DNA of 63,869 bases, the filler included, from Myxococcota bacterium (GTDB taxonomy: Bacteria; Myxococcota_C; UBA6777): NCBI GenBank assembly GCA_023150835.1. It is 3 parts of 3 records of this genome, joined end to end, with 100 filler letters (N's around TTAATTAATTAA, not from the genome) between each part and the next. Parts side by side here need not be neighbours in the genome. Positions count along the whole stretch, not along the records: positions 27,426 to 48,855 come from JAKLKB010000125.1; positions 48,956 to 63,869 come from JAKLKB010000156.1; 1 more part is not named here. The stretch is one strand, 5' to 3'. How positions within the stretch are numbered: position 1 is the first letter of the stretch; each line of letters opens with the position of its first letter. The notes under the pieces were generated by a model. That model was not told the origin of the DNA. It saw only the letters and a list, made by a program, of their open reading frames with translations, and made no database searches. Positions 38,957-49,090 of the stretch are shown here, piece by piece. A program made the translations under genes and the position numbers.

Positions 38957-40795
38957 TTAACGGACAAACAAATAACCCATTCGCTTTCGAGCGTTGTCTT
39001 TGAAGGCTTCGATCCGATCCGATCCAACAAACCCGTTGACTCCTAAGGCATCGTTCGCACCGATCCCGATAAAGGATTGGGGACCAACACCATAGTTAGA
39101 ACAACCTTGTCGCGGCGAACCTAAGATCCCAAAACGCACCCGAATCCCAGAGTAATTATTCAAGAGATTCTTGTCTCCGTGAGCGTTAAACGCCTCTCGA
39201 TGACACTCCCCTTGCAAGACACCGTTGGGCAACAACAACTGCCAGCCCAACTGCGTAGGGAGAGGCGGATCAAAGCCGATACTTCGGCCTTGTTGCATCA
39301 AGGATCGAAAAGACGAAGCACTTTTGCTAACCGAAAGATAGAGACGCGGCGCACCCGCTTTGATCTCCGAAAAAGCCAGCAACACCGATTGAAAAGGAAC
39401 TGTCGAAAAGCTCGCAAGCTTGGCCTCGTTGAGATCCAGTTGCAGATCAGGTGCGTTATGAACCGCTGCGTCAGTCCACAACGCAGCGTCGTACACAAAG
39501 GTTTTTCGACTCCCATCCGCTTTTAAGATCAACGTCCATCCACCGCCCTTTTCGGTCATCAAACAATACACCGCAAACGGTGTCGTGCTTGCTGCGGGCT
39601 TGATCCAATACACACCGTCTGTTTTTGATTCGATATATCCGGGCTTTCCGTTAAAGTACTCCTGACAAGAGATCGCATACCCGCCGTCCTGCCAGCGGTT
39701 TCCTGTGATGCTTCCGTTTTGGAAGGAGGCGATCTGTATTTGGCAACGACCCACTTGGGTATCGCACTTGACGCCGCTGCACTGCGCGTCTGCTGTACAT
39801 CCCGTGCAGCGGCCTCCCGCACACAACAAACCGCTCAGACAATCCTTGTTTTCCGCGCACTCGGCCTTTTGACACACTTTGTTGACGCAGTTTTTGTCAG
39901 AGCCACAATCTTTGTCTTCGGTGCAAAAGTCGCAGCGCCCGTTGATACAGAGCAAACCATTGACACAATCCGTCGCTTGCTTGCATTGCGGCGTACTGCA
40001 CACGCCTTGGCGACAGATGTCCCCGTTCGAGCAGTCCGCATCTTTCGCACAAGCCAGACAACGCCCCGCCACACACAACCGCCCCGTTGGACAAAGCGTT
40101 GCGGGATCTTGATCGTCACAAACCACACACAGATCGTCTCGGCATATCGTGTCCAAGGGACAATCCCCGTCGTTTTGACAAGACACAGCCTTGCACGATC
40201 CGTTGCTTTGACAGGCCGCTGCTGGCGAGCAGGGCTTTTTTGTCGTGCAAGGTTCGCAACCTTCGTCGATCTGCCCGTTGCAATTATTGTCCAAACCATC
40301 GCCACAAACCTCGTCAGGTTTGCATGAAAGAACACGCTCTGGTGTGGTTCCTTCGGGTAGTGCGTCTGGATCGGCTTCTGAAGCAACGTCGCTCCCTCCC
40401 TCCAAAACAGGCTCCACGAGATGTTCAGGTAGTTCCACGTCAACAGGGGACTCCGTTGTTGCATCCATGGTCTTTTCCGACGCGCTTTCCGCTTCGGGAG
40501 ATGATTCAGGCGGAGATTCGGAAGCATCGGTCGTTTCGTTGCCTTGCGTATTCGACGCAAGACAAAGACCCGCCGCACATCGCGTATCTTTCGGACAATC
40601 GGTATCATTGGAGCACAACGCCCGCGATCCGTTAGGAAGGCGCAAAGCCCCCGTCGGTTCGCAAGCCACAACAGCCAGCATCCAACCAACCGCCGCTCCC
40701 CACAAGGCACCCCACAAAAGACGCCGAAGAACGAGGAAAAAGCTCCCTTGGGTTGCCCCAGAGGATCGAGGGTTTTGTGTTTGCATCTTTACCAT
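38957..40795 (-). CDS. Cys-rich secreted protein with one MopE-type motif and one fibrinogen-like domain (start uncertain)
   Basis: CGDGLDNNCNGQIDEGC, Cys repeats, YCLMTEKGGGWTL; ends YLFVR. Confidence 0.85.
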   Translation of the reverse strand: MVKMQTQNPRSSGATQGSFFLVLRRLLWGALWGAAVGWMLAVVACEPTGALRLPNGSRALCSNDTDCPKDTRCAAGLCLASNTQGNETTDASESPPESSPEAESASEKTMDATTESPVDVELPEHLVEPVLEGGSDVASEADPDALPEGTTPERVLSCKPDEVCGDGLDNNCNGQIDEGCEPCTTKKPCSPAAACQSNGSCKAVSCQNDGDCPLDTICRDDLCVVCDDQDPATLCPTGRLCVAGRCLACAKDADCSNGDICRQGVCSTPQCKQATDCVNGLLCINGRCDFCTEDKDCGSDKNCVNKVCQKAECAENKDCLSGLLCAGGRCTGCTADAQCSGVKCDTQVGRCQIQIASFQNGSITGNRWQDGGYAISCQEYFNGKPGYIESKTDGVYWIKPAASTTPFAVYCLMTEKGGGWTLILKADGSRKTFVYDAALWTDAAVHNAPDLQLDLNEAKLASFSTVPFQSVLLAFSEIKAGAPRLYLSVSKSASSFRSLMQQGRSIGFDPPLPTQLGWQLLLPNGVLQGECHREAFNAHGDKNLLNNYSGIRVRFGILGSPRQGCSNYGVGPQSFIGIGANDALGVNGFVGSDRIEAFKDNARKRMGYLFVR

Positions 40796-41098
40796 CTTGT
40801 TCCCATCTACAAAAGTGCTTGAAAACATCCGTCAAATCGGAGAAAAAAGCCGACATATAGTGAGTGTACGCAAGATGACACAAGATGGGAAGACTACAAA
40901 CAAACGAACGGATGAAGGCGGTGCAAGATCAAGATCGGAAAAGGCGGAAGATGCGGTAGATGGGAATAGAGACAGGGATCAGCTCTTGGTGAAAACAAGT
41001 GCCGTTGTGGGGGGATACCGCCCTCACACAGGGGCGACGAAGCCTCTACAGAACCAAGCCATCATGGGCCGTGCGGCGTACAAAAACCGAACGGGGAA

Positions 41099-43558
41099 TT
41101 ATCGAAAGATCTCCAACGCCATCATCGCATGAGGATGTAAAAAGCGAATGAAGATCAGAAAGCCAAACAGCGAAGCCGCCACAAGAAACGAAGCCACACC
41201 GATCTTTGCGATCTGATCGCTGCGCATCGGTGGCGCGTGCAAGATCATCCGCAACCGCCGAAGTTCGATCTCTTCCATCTCAAAAAATTGCGGTGCGCTG
41301 CGTTCACCGAAGTTGATGCCCGTAATCCCCTTCAAAAGCAGCGTATCATAGGGGGTGATCGTTTCATGTCCACGCAACAACGCCATCTTGTCTGCACGCC
41401 GCCGAGCCATAAACTCCTTAAAAAACTCTGCAACGCCGATCATCGCGAGCAGATACAACAAGATCAATTCATGAGCCAACGCAAACACCACCGTCAGCGC
41501 AAGCACCGCGATCACAGCGACAAATCCCCAAGCAGAGCGCAACGAACACGCTACTGCATGAAGGATACGCCCCCCATCCAGCGGATGCACCGGCATCAAG
41601 TTCAGCAAGTTGATCAGCGCTCCCCAGATCGCAACAGCCAAAAAGAAATCCGCAGGATACACCGCATAAGCCAACAAACACAAAAAGGTTAAGATCGACC
41701 CCCACAACGGCCCCGCCAGATTCACCCGCGCTTGCGCGTACCAAGAGGGCCAAACATCGTCCGTCACCGTCGCAGCCCCAAAGAACGGGATCAAAAACAC
41801 CCCCCGTATCTGCATCCCTTCGCGTTGCATCGCCCAAACATGCCCCAGTTCGTGGAAGATCAAGATCACACACAACAACAACGCAAACTCCCAGCGAAAG
41901 AAGACGGCATAAATCCCCAAAGATACGCCTGCATAAGCGGGCTTGATGCTTTTTAAAAGCAGTTTCATCCCCGTCGGCAAAAAAGACAAAAAGCCAAAAA
42001 AGAGCTTCATCATAAAGGCCCATATCCCAAGCCAGACTTGTGTTGAGGCCGAACGTTCGGGCTTTACCGTCGGAGGCTGATCTGCAACCGCTTGCTCTAC
42101 TTCTGCACGCACACGAAAACGCAAACGCGCCAAATCAGGAGTCCGCTCACTTGGCCCGATCTGCTGGATGATCAACGCCAACAGCAGATCAGCATCGCGC
42201 ATATCGACGATCGGATAGGGCGGATCGCCAAAAGACACATGACGCCGCATCCCAAACAGAAAATTACCAAAGTTCGCAAAACAAAACTCGTCCCCACGCG
42301 CCGTCACAACACGCGCATAACACAGCGGATACGGCTTAAAAAACGCCTCGACTGCATGAAGATGCACCGCGTCGACTTCTGACCAAGGCACATACAAAAC
42401 CCGCAGCTCATCCTCGTACACGATCCCCACATCATCCAACGTCACACGCCGCCGATAATACGGGAAAAAATAGAAGATCAAACAAGCCAACACGCCCAAC
42501 AATGTGTGCAAGCCAAGTGTCCACTGGATCGGCCTCAACGCAGTCCAGCGTTGCGCCATCCAAAAAGTTAACGGAGCCGTAAAAAGCAAACCCAACACAA
42601 GTTGCACCAAAAAACGCCGATAGTTCGCGTGAAACGTCACAGGGCGACCAAAAACCCCCAAGCGCTCCGACCGCACCGCCTCCCCAACAACCTCCTCATC
42701 CCGCGACAAAAAGATCGCAAGCTGTTGCTCGCCTTCTTGCGCGCCCAACGCTTCGCTTTCTGACTCCCCCTCTTCTTCATCCAAACCAAACAGCACTTCT
42801 TTCGACAACAAAGCTCTTGGAGACTTCGGCCCTTCAAGTTCTCCAAAGATCTCCACCTCCGCGATCTCTTTTGGCGAAGCGCTCTGCCGCACGTTTTCTT
42901 CCACTTTTTCTTCCGAGACTTCAACAGCCAAAGGCTCCCGTACGACCTGCTCTCCCCCTCCACTTCCTCCCAGATGTTCGCCCTCTTCTGCTTTTGCTAC
43001 CAACAAAGAAACCGCATCTTCCACCCCCACCGAGACTTGTACATCCTCGACACCGCCGATTTCACCAATGCCCGATGCTCCAGCGCTCTCACCGATACCC
43101 GATGTCCCGCCGACTCCAACGATGCTCGATACTCCGAGAAGCTCCACAGCGTCGGAAGATTGCGCCGGAAAAAAGAAGTCCTCTTCGTTTAAGAGATCGC
43201 CTTCGATCTCAGAAAAAAAAGACATCTCCAACGCCTCGGGAGATAGGTCTTCTTCGTTGTTTTTGTCCTGCTCACCTGCCGTTGCACCGTGCTGCTCCGA
43301 CCACGCAAAAAAAGCTTCTTCTAACTCCGAAGAAGCCAACGAAGCCGCTGCTACGCCTTGTTGAACGCTCTCGACAACGGTCTGCTCTGCCTCTTCAACA
43401 ACGCTCCCTTGTGTCCCGACAACGGCGCTGTCTTCCGCTCCTTCCATGACGCTCCCCTGCGTCCCTACGATGGCGCTCTCTTGCGTTCCTTCGAGGATGC
43501 TTTGTGATCGCAACGACAACAACGGATTGGGATCTTTGATGGCATCCGAAGCGGCCAC
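41099..43558 (-). CDS. Site-2 protease (M50) with long acidic N-terminal region and PH-like domain
   Basis: FHELGH, LAGP, NLMPVHPLDGGR; IVY..VPWSEV PH-like segment. Confidence 0.85.
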   Translation of the reverse strand: MAASDAIKDPNPLLSLRSQSILEGTQESAIVGTQGSVMEGAEDSAVVGTQGSVVEEAEQTVVESVQQGVAAASLASSELEEAFFAWSEQHGATAGEQDKNNEEDLSPEALEMSFFSEIEGDLLNEEDFFFPAQSSDAVELLGVSSIVGVGGTSGIGESAGASGIGEIGGVEDVQVSVGVEDAVSLLVAKAEEGEHLGGSGGGEQVVREPLAVEVSEEKVEENVRQSASPKEIAEVEIFGELEGPKSPRALLSKEVLFGLDEEEGESESEALGAQEGEQQLAIFLSRDEEVVGEAVRSERLGVFGRPVTFHANYRRFLVQLVLGLLFTAPLTFWMAQRWTALRPIQWTLGLHTLLGVLACLIFYFFPYYRRRVTLDDVGIVYEDELRVLYVPWSEVDAVHLHAVEAFFKPYPLCYARVVTARGDEFCFANFGNFLFGMRRHVSFGDPPYPIVDMRDADLLLALIIQQIGPSERTPDLARLRFRVRAEVEQAVADQPPTVKPERSASTQVWLGIWAFMMKLFFGFLSFLPTGMKLLLKSIKPAYAGVSLGIYAVFFRWEFALLLCVILIFHELGHVWAMQREGMQIRGVFLIPFFGAATVTDDVWPSWYAQARVNLAGPLWGSILTFLCLLAYAVYPADFFLAVAIWGALINLLNLMPVHPLDGGRILHAVACSLRSAWGFVAVIAVLALTVVFALAHELILLYLLAMIGVAEFFKEFMARRRADKMALLRGHETITPYDTLLLKGITGINFGERSAPQFFEMEEIELRRLRMILHAPPMRSDQIAKIGVASFLVAASLFGFLIFIRFLHPHAMMALEIFR

Positions 43559-43625
43559 ATCTTCCTCCTAACCTGTTCTTTTTTATGAAGAAATGAAAAA
43601 TCAAAAACCATCTCCTCAACAAGAT

Positions 43626-43653
43626 TTGACAGGCGCGATCAAGTGATTAGCTT
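43626..43653 (+). promoter_or_regulatory. Putative sigma70-type promoter of groES
   Basis: TTGACA-N16-TAGCTT; no CIRCE seen. Confidence 0.5.
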
Positions 43654-43789
43654 AGCCCCGCTATCGGGATCAACCAAGAACGATCAGCCACGCTTGACGG
43701 CTGCGTTCTGCACCAAACGATCAACGTTTCCATCAAAAAGTTCCCAGACTTTACCATTCACACCCAACACACGACGAGGGAAATTGACG

Positions 43790-44080
43790 ATGAAGTTTCG
43801 ACCCTTGCATGACCGCATTTTGCTCAAACGCCGCGCTGGCGAAGAAAAAACGGCAGGGGGGATTATCATCCCCGACAGTGCAAAAGAAAAGCCCCTTGAG
43901 GGAGAAGTGATCGCGGTAGGACCCGGTCGCGTCAACCGCGAAGGCAAACTCCAAGCCCTCGAAGTCAAAACGGGCGACCTTGTGCTGTTTGGAAAATACG
44001 CAGGTACCGAAGTCAAACTGGATGGCGAAGACTTCTTGCTCGTCCGCGAAGACGATGTGATCGCGATCCTCGAACGCTAA
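43790..44080 (+). CDS. groES: Co-chaperonin GroES
   Basis: [32 protein letters not shown]. Confidence 0.97.
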   Translation: MKFRPLHDRILLKRRAGEEKTAGGIIIPDSAKEKPLEGEVIAVGPGRVNREGKLQALEVKTGDLVLFGKYAGTEVKLDGEDFLLVREDDVIAILER

Positions 44081-44324
44081 ACCGTCGAAGACACCTTGCT
44101 TTCTTGTGTCTTTCGTGTCGTTTTGAACGCAAATACACCTCATCCATCTTCTCACATAGCTGCGAAGTGCTTGTGGAAAAGCTGCTCTGTAACCAAGCAG
44201 AGACCGAACCTTCACAACCATTCCTCGCCGCCCGTTTTATCGCGTCCGTCCGATACACGGGCAGAACAACGAAAAACTTCGGGCGGATCAGCATAAAAGA
44301 ACAAACAAATAAAGGGATATGAAC

Positions 44325-45944
44325 ATGGCAGCCAAGGATATCTTGTTTGGTCAGTCCGCACGCGAAAAGATGATGACTGGCGTCGAACTTCTCGCCAAAG
44401 CCGTGATGACAACGCTCGGACCTCGCGGAAAAAACGTCTTGATCGAAAAGTCATGGGGCGCTCCCAATGTCACCAAAGACGGCGTCACTGTGGCAAAAGA
44501 GATCAGCCTCGAAGATCGCTATGAAAACTTGGGCGCCCAGATGGTGCGCGAAGCCGCATCGAAAACCAACGACGTTGCAGGCGACGGCACCACCACAGCC
44601 ACCGTGCTGGCCTACGCCATGGTTCGCGAAGGCAATCGCTTGATCGCCGCAGGCGAGGATCCCATGGAACTCAAACGCGGTATGGACAAGGCCGCTGAGA
44701 CTGTGGTTCGCGAATTGGCGAAGATCTCCCGCAAAGTCGAAGGCCGCAAAGAGATCGCTCAAGTCGGAACCATCTCCGCAAACGGCGACACCACCATCGG
44801 CAACCTAATCGCCGAAGCGATGGACAAAGTCGGTAACGAAGGTGTGATCCAAACCGAAGAAGCCAAATCCTCCGAAACGACGTTGGATGTGGTGGAAGGG
44901 ATGCAGTTTGATCGCGGCTACATCAGCCCCTACTTTGTCACCGACGCAGAGCGTATGGTGGCCGAGTTGGAAAATGCACACATCCTTTTGTATGAGAAAA
45001 AACTCAGCAACATGAAGGATCTTGTGCCTCTGCTCGAACAGATCGCACGCTCGAACAGCAGCCTCTTGATCATCGCCGAAGATGTCGAAGGTGAAGCCCT
45101 CGCCACGTTGGTGGTCAACAAACTGCGCGGAACCCTCAATGTGGTGGCGGTGAAAGCTCCCGGTTTTGGTGATCGCCGCAAAGAGATGTTGAAAGATATC
45201 GCAGTATTGACGGGCGGCCAACTGATCAGCGAAGATCTGGGGATGAAGCTCGAATCCGTGACGCTGCGCGATCTAGGCCGCGCCCGCCGCATCCACATGA
45301 ACAAAGACAACACCACGATCGTGGAAGGTGCCGGTTCTCACGACGAGATCAAAGGCCGTATCCAACTGATCCGCCGCCAAATCGAAGAAACCACCAGCGA
45401 TTACGATCGCGAAAAACTCCAAGAACGCCTCGCGAAACTCGCAGGCGGCGTGGCTGTACTCAAGATCGGCGCAGTCACCGAACCCGAGATGAAAGAGAAA
45501 AAAGCGCGTATCGAAGATGCACTCAACGCCACCCGCGCCGCCGTCGAAGAAGGCATCGTATCGGGCGGTGGTGTCGCGTTGATCCGCGCAGGACAAGCCG
45601 CGCACGAACAACTCAAAAACCTCCCGGGCGCACAACGCTACGGCGCACAAATCCTCTTGCGTGCGCTTGAAGAACCCCTTCGCCAAATCGCCGAAAATGC
45701 GGGCTTTGAGAGTTCCGTCGTCGCCAATCGCGTCAAAGAAGGCAACGGCGCGTTCGGATTCAACGCAGCCACCGAAGAATACGGCGATCTCGTTGCCAGC
45801 GGCGTCATCGATCCCGCGAAGGTTGTCCGCAGCGCCCTCCAAAACGCCACCTCCGTGGCCAGCATGATCTTGACCACCGAAGCCGCTGTCGTCGAACACG
45901 CCAAAAGCAAAGGCGATGCCGGCCACGATCACGACCACGATTGA
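44325..45944 (+). CDS. groEL: Chaperonin GroEL with His/Asp C-terminal tail
   Basis: [46 protein letters not shown]; ends GHDHDHD. Confidence 0.98.
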   Translation: MAAKDILFGQSAREKMMTGVELLAKAVMTTLGPRGKNVLIEKSWGAPNVTKDGVTVAKEISLEDRYENLGAQMVREAASKTNDVAGDGTTTATVLAYAMVREGNRLIAAGEDPMELKRGMDKAAETVVRELAKISRKVEGRKEIAQVGTISANGDTTIGNLIAEAMDKVGNEGVIQTEEAKSSETTLDVVEGMQFDRGYISPYFVTDAERMVAELENAHILLYEKKLSNMKDLVPLLEQIARSNSSLLIIAEDVEGEALATLVVNKLRGTLNVVAVKAPGFGDRRKEMLKDIAVLTGGQLISEDLGMKLESVTLRDLGRARRIHMNKDNTTIVEGAGSHDEIKGRIQLIRRQIEETTSDYDREKLQERLAKLAGGVAVLKIGAVTEPEMKEKKARIEDALNATRAAVEEGIVSGGGVALIRAGQAAHEQLKNLPGAQRYGAQILLRALEEPLRQIAENAGFESSVVANRVKEGNGAFGFNAATEEYGDLVASGVIDPAKVVRSALQNATSVASMILTTEAAVVEHAKSKGDAGHDHDHD

Positions 45945-46141
45945 TCTTCTCGATCCATCGGCTCGTTTCTACCCACCCCAACCCATCCCCCCGTCCTTCC
46001 ACACACAAACCACCCTCGCTCGCTTGTTTCGCGCTCGCCTCTTTGCGCTCGATCCTCTTTGCCCTTTTCTTTCCACGCATCGGTTCTTATGATCAAGCGG
46101 GCTCGCAACCCAAACAAACGCTTTTGCGCAAGGAGAAAAAG

Positions 46142-46666
46142 ATGTATCGATTGGGAAGATTGTTGTGTGGGATCGGCGTGTGGTTTTGTTTGTGGGGTGC
46201 GCCGCAAAAAGCCGATGCAGGGGGAGCAAAAGACAGCGGATTTAGCGTGTCTTTGACGGCGGGTGGGCGGTATGGCTTTGTGGTGAACGAACCCTCTCAA
46301 AGCCAGCGCACCACTCCGTGGGGGATGAGTCTCGAATTGTTACCGAGCTACCGCATCGCGATCATCAGCATCGACCTTGGTATCGTAGGCGACTTTCTTC
46401 AACGAGAGATGATCTTTCGACCCGGGTTGCGTGTGCATTTGGGCTGGTTTTACTTGCGTATGGCGATGCCTTTTTCGATCTTGCTCGCTGCTGCGTCGGG
46501 TCAGCCCTATGACCTCGGTGTGATGGTCGGTGCAGGCGTTCAGATCCGCTTCCAACGCTTTGCTTTTCTGTTTGAAGCCAACGTCTCGCCTTTTCTTTTG
46601 GAACTCAACAACCGAGGGCTACAAATGCCACTCGAAGTTAGACTGGGTGTTGGATACCACTTTTAA
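46142..46666 (+). CDS. Small outer-membrane beta-barrel-like protein
   Basis: AAGGAG RBS, signal peptide ending ADA, alternating beta strands, C-terminal GYHF. Confidence 0.7.
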   Translation: MYRLGRLLCGIGVWFCLWGAPQKADAGGAKDSGFSVSLTAGGRYGFVVNEPSQSQRTTPWGMSLELLPSYRIAIISIDLGIVGDFLQREMIFRPGLRVHLGWFYLRMAMPFSILLAAASGQPYDLGVMVGAGVQIRFQRFAFLFEANVSPFLLELNNRGLQMPLEVRLGVGYHF

Positions 46667-46968
46667 CCCCGACTATCCGAGGGAACGGACTTATCCAACA
46701 TCCAGTCTACCTTGTCAAAAAGCCAAACGCACCCCAAGCCTTTCGGGTCGAGGGGAGGCAGGCAGAAAAAAAAGCAGGAATCAAACGGAAAGAAAAAACG
46801 GGGGAGTTGCGGGGCGGGTGGATTGTATGGTTTTTGTGTCACACCTTTCACCAAATCGTTGAAAACGCCCATCCATGCGTTCGTTGGGGTAAGAGAAAAA
46901 CAAGCATCTGTTTACACGGTGGCTCATTGTGGCTCGCATGAAGCACTTGATCCACAAAAAAAGCCCCC

Positions 46969-47217
46969 TCAACGGCGAAGACCACGACGGATCTTGCCCG
47001 GCTTAATCGAGCGACTCGATTTTCCCGAAGCACGTCGAATCGCAGAGCTTTTAAACTCCTGCATCAACAGCTTTCGCGTCAAGGTCAATTCATGACCTTC
47101 ACCCGTTTCGGGTTCGAGCATCACATCATCTCCCTCCAACACGGCCACACGAAAAGACAACTTCGTCAATTTGTGGGTCCACAACTGGCCCACTTCGATC
47201 TCAAGTTCTTGAAACAT
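46969..47217 (-). CDS. Small basic hypothetical protein (82 aa)
   Basis: AAGGAGG RBS upstream of ATG 47217; SH3-like beta pattern and Arg-rich tail. Confidence 0.65.
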   Translation of the reverse strand: MFQELEIEVGQLWTHKLTKLSFRVAVLEGDDVMLEPETGEGHELTLTRKLLMQEFKSSAIRRASGKSSRSIKPGKIRRGLRR

Positions 47218-47558
47218 CACACATTCCTCCTTGTTTTTCGGGTGATATCGCCCGAGCCTCCCCTCCCTCGTCTCTGGCGCGATGCCACATATAAGATGTT
47301 TCCGATGCGTTTGCAAGCGCTAATCCTCTTCAACGCACGATTTCTAAAATCGTGCTTGAAGCCCTCGCAAAGCATCGCTCTAACCGCCTTCTACGCACCT
47401 TATCACCTTGTGTGCCATTTGGCGAAATCCTTGCCAAACTCCCGCGCAGACTCCACAAACCTCTTGCGCGACAGCGCGATGCCGTATATCATACTTGCCA
47501 CCTTTGGAAAGCAGCCTCTCACCCATCCAAGCCGCACGCAAACATAGAGCAGACACAG

Positions 47559-48855
47559 ATGGAGCAAATCAAGATCCTCGATCAACTCTCGCGAGACGAG
47601 TTGTACTCGATCTACCAGTTTTTACTCCTTGAATCGCGATCCCCCGCCGAGACCCCACGCAACGCTTCCAAAAGCGTCATGCTCGAAACCCTCGGACAGG
47701 TCATGACCACCGAAGAAGCCCGCTATTGCGTCGACTTCTTTGAAAATTATGAATACTACGCTGTTCCTGTCCTCAAAACCGAGATGATCGATGCCCTCCC
47801 CGATGATCTCCTTCAGGCCCTCTTTGCGATCTATCTCGACGACGATATCCTCCCCGAAGAACACCTCGATCTCGTCGATGCTCTCGGACAATCCCAATTC
47901 TTCCTCAAAGAAGATGCCCGCAAATTTTACCTCTGGTACTACTATTTCCGCGAACGCATCCCCATCGAACAAGACAGCCCTCAAGAGCAAACCATCCTTG
48001 TTTCGGGTTCTTTTTCTTCGAGCAGCTACGATGAAGCCGCCCATACCCAACGCATGGCGGGCTTCTCTTCGACCGATCTGCCGTCCTTTGAAACAGACGA
48101 AGCCCAAGAAACACAACGCCTCCAAGGATTTCCTGCCCGCCAAGCCGACGAATACGCCGCCGCCCTCGCTGGCGAGGATTCTCGATCTCCCTCAGCCCCA
48201 AACGCCATCGATGAAGATGCTCTCGATGAAGATGCTCTCGATGAAGATGCTCTCGATGAAGATGCTCTCGATGAAGATGCTCTCGATGAAGATGCTCTCG
48301 GTGAAGACGATCTCGATGAAAACAGCGATAACTTCGACGAGAGCGACGCTTCCGTCTCCTCTCCTTTTTCGAGCGCGTCACTCGATGCCACACGCATCGC
48401 TCCTCCGCCCCCTCCGCCCGAGGCTTTTCAACGAACACCTTCCGCGATCCAGCCTCTGCCCTTTCCGTCTCTTACCCCGAATCCATCGGAAGCAAAAACA
48501 ATAAGTCAGCCTGCGCAACGCCCCGATATCCCGCCTTCTATGCGCACCATCGAACTCGATGTCCTCGATCTGGAAAATTACACCAACGATGCCTCTCCAA
48601 AACAAGGCGCTCCCACCCAAGATATCCGGGATCAACTCAAACAAAGAGCGCGTACCAGTCCTCCGCCTCCCCCGCCTCCTCCACCCAACGAAGAGATCGA
48701 AGAACTCGATCCCGAAGCACTCATCGAAGAACCCGACTCCACAGACTTTCGAAACGAAGAAACACAACCTCTTCAACGCCCCCAACCGAATCGGCCTCCA
48801 CAAGCAAACATCCCCCCCACAAAACCACCCCCACAAAGCGGCCCACAAACACAAA
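47559..48855 (+). CDS. Hypothetical acidic/Pro-rich protein, 3'-truncated by contig end; contains 15-bp DEDAL x6 repeat (48210-48299)
   Basis: Open from ATG 47559 to the gap. Confidence 0.7.
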
Positions 48856-48955
48856 NNNNNNNNNNNNNNNNNNNNNNNNNNNNNNNNNNNNNNNNNNNNT
48901 TAATTAATTAANNNNNNNNNNNNNNNNNNNNNNNNNNNNNNNNNNNNNNNNNNNN
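48856..48955. other. Artificial contig-join spacer
   Basis: N-run, TTAATTAATTAA, N-run. Confidence 0.97.
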
Positions 48956-49090
48956 AAACCCTCACCACTTCCGTCAATGTCAAGAAGGCCACCACTCGGC
49001 TGGCCGCACGAACCACCACCCTCACAACACAAAGAAAGGGCGGCGCTTCCTCCCCCCTCTAAAGAAGGGGGTCTCCGCGCCTTAAAAACG

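Noticed and set aside
43640-43680. CIRCE element before groES
   Set aside because: TTAGCCCCG lacks the TTAGCACTC-N9-GAGTGCTAA inverted repeat.
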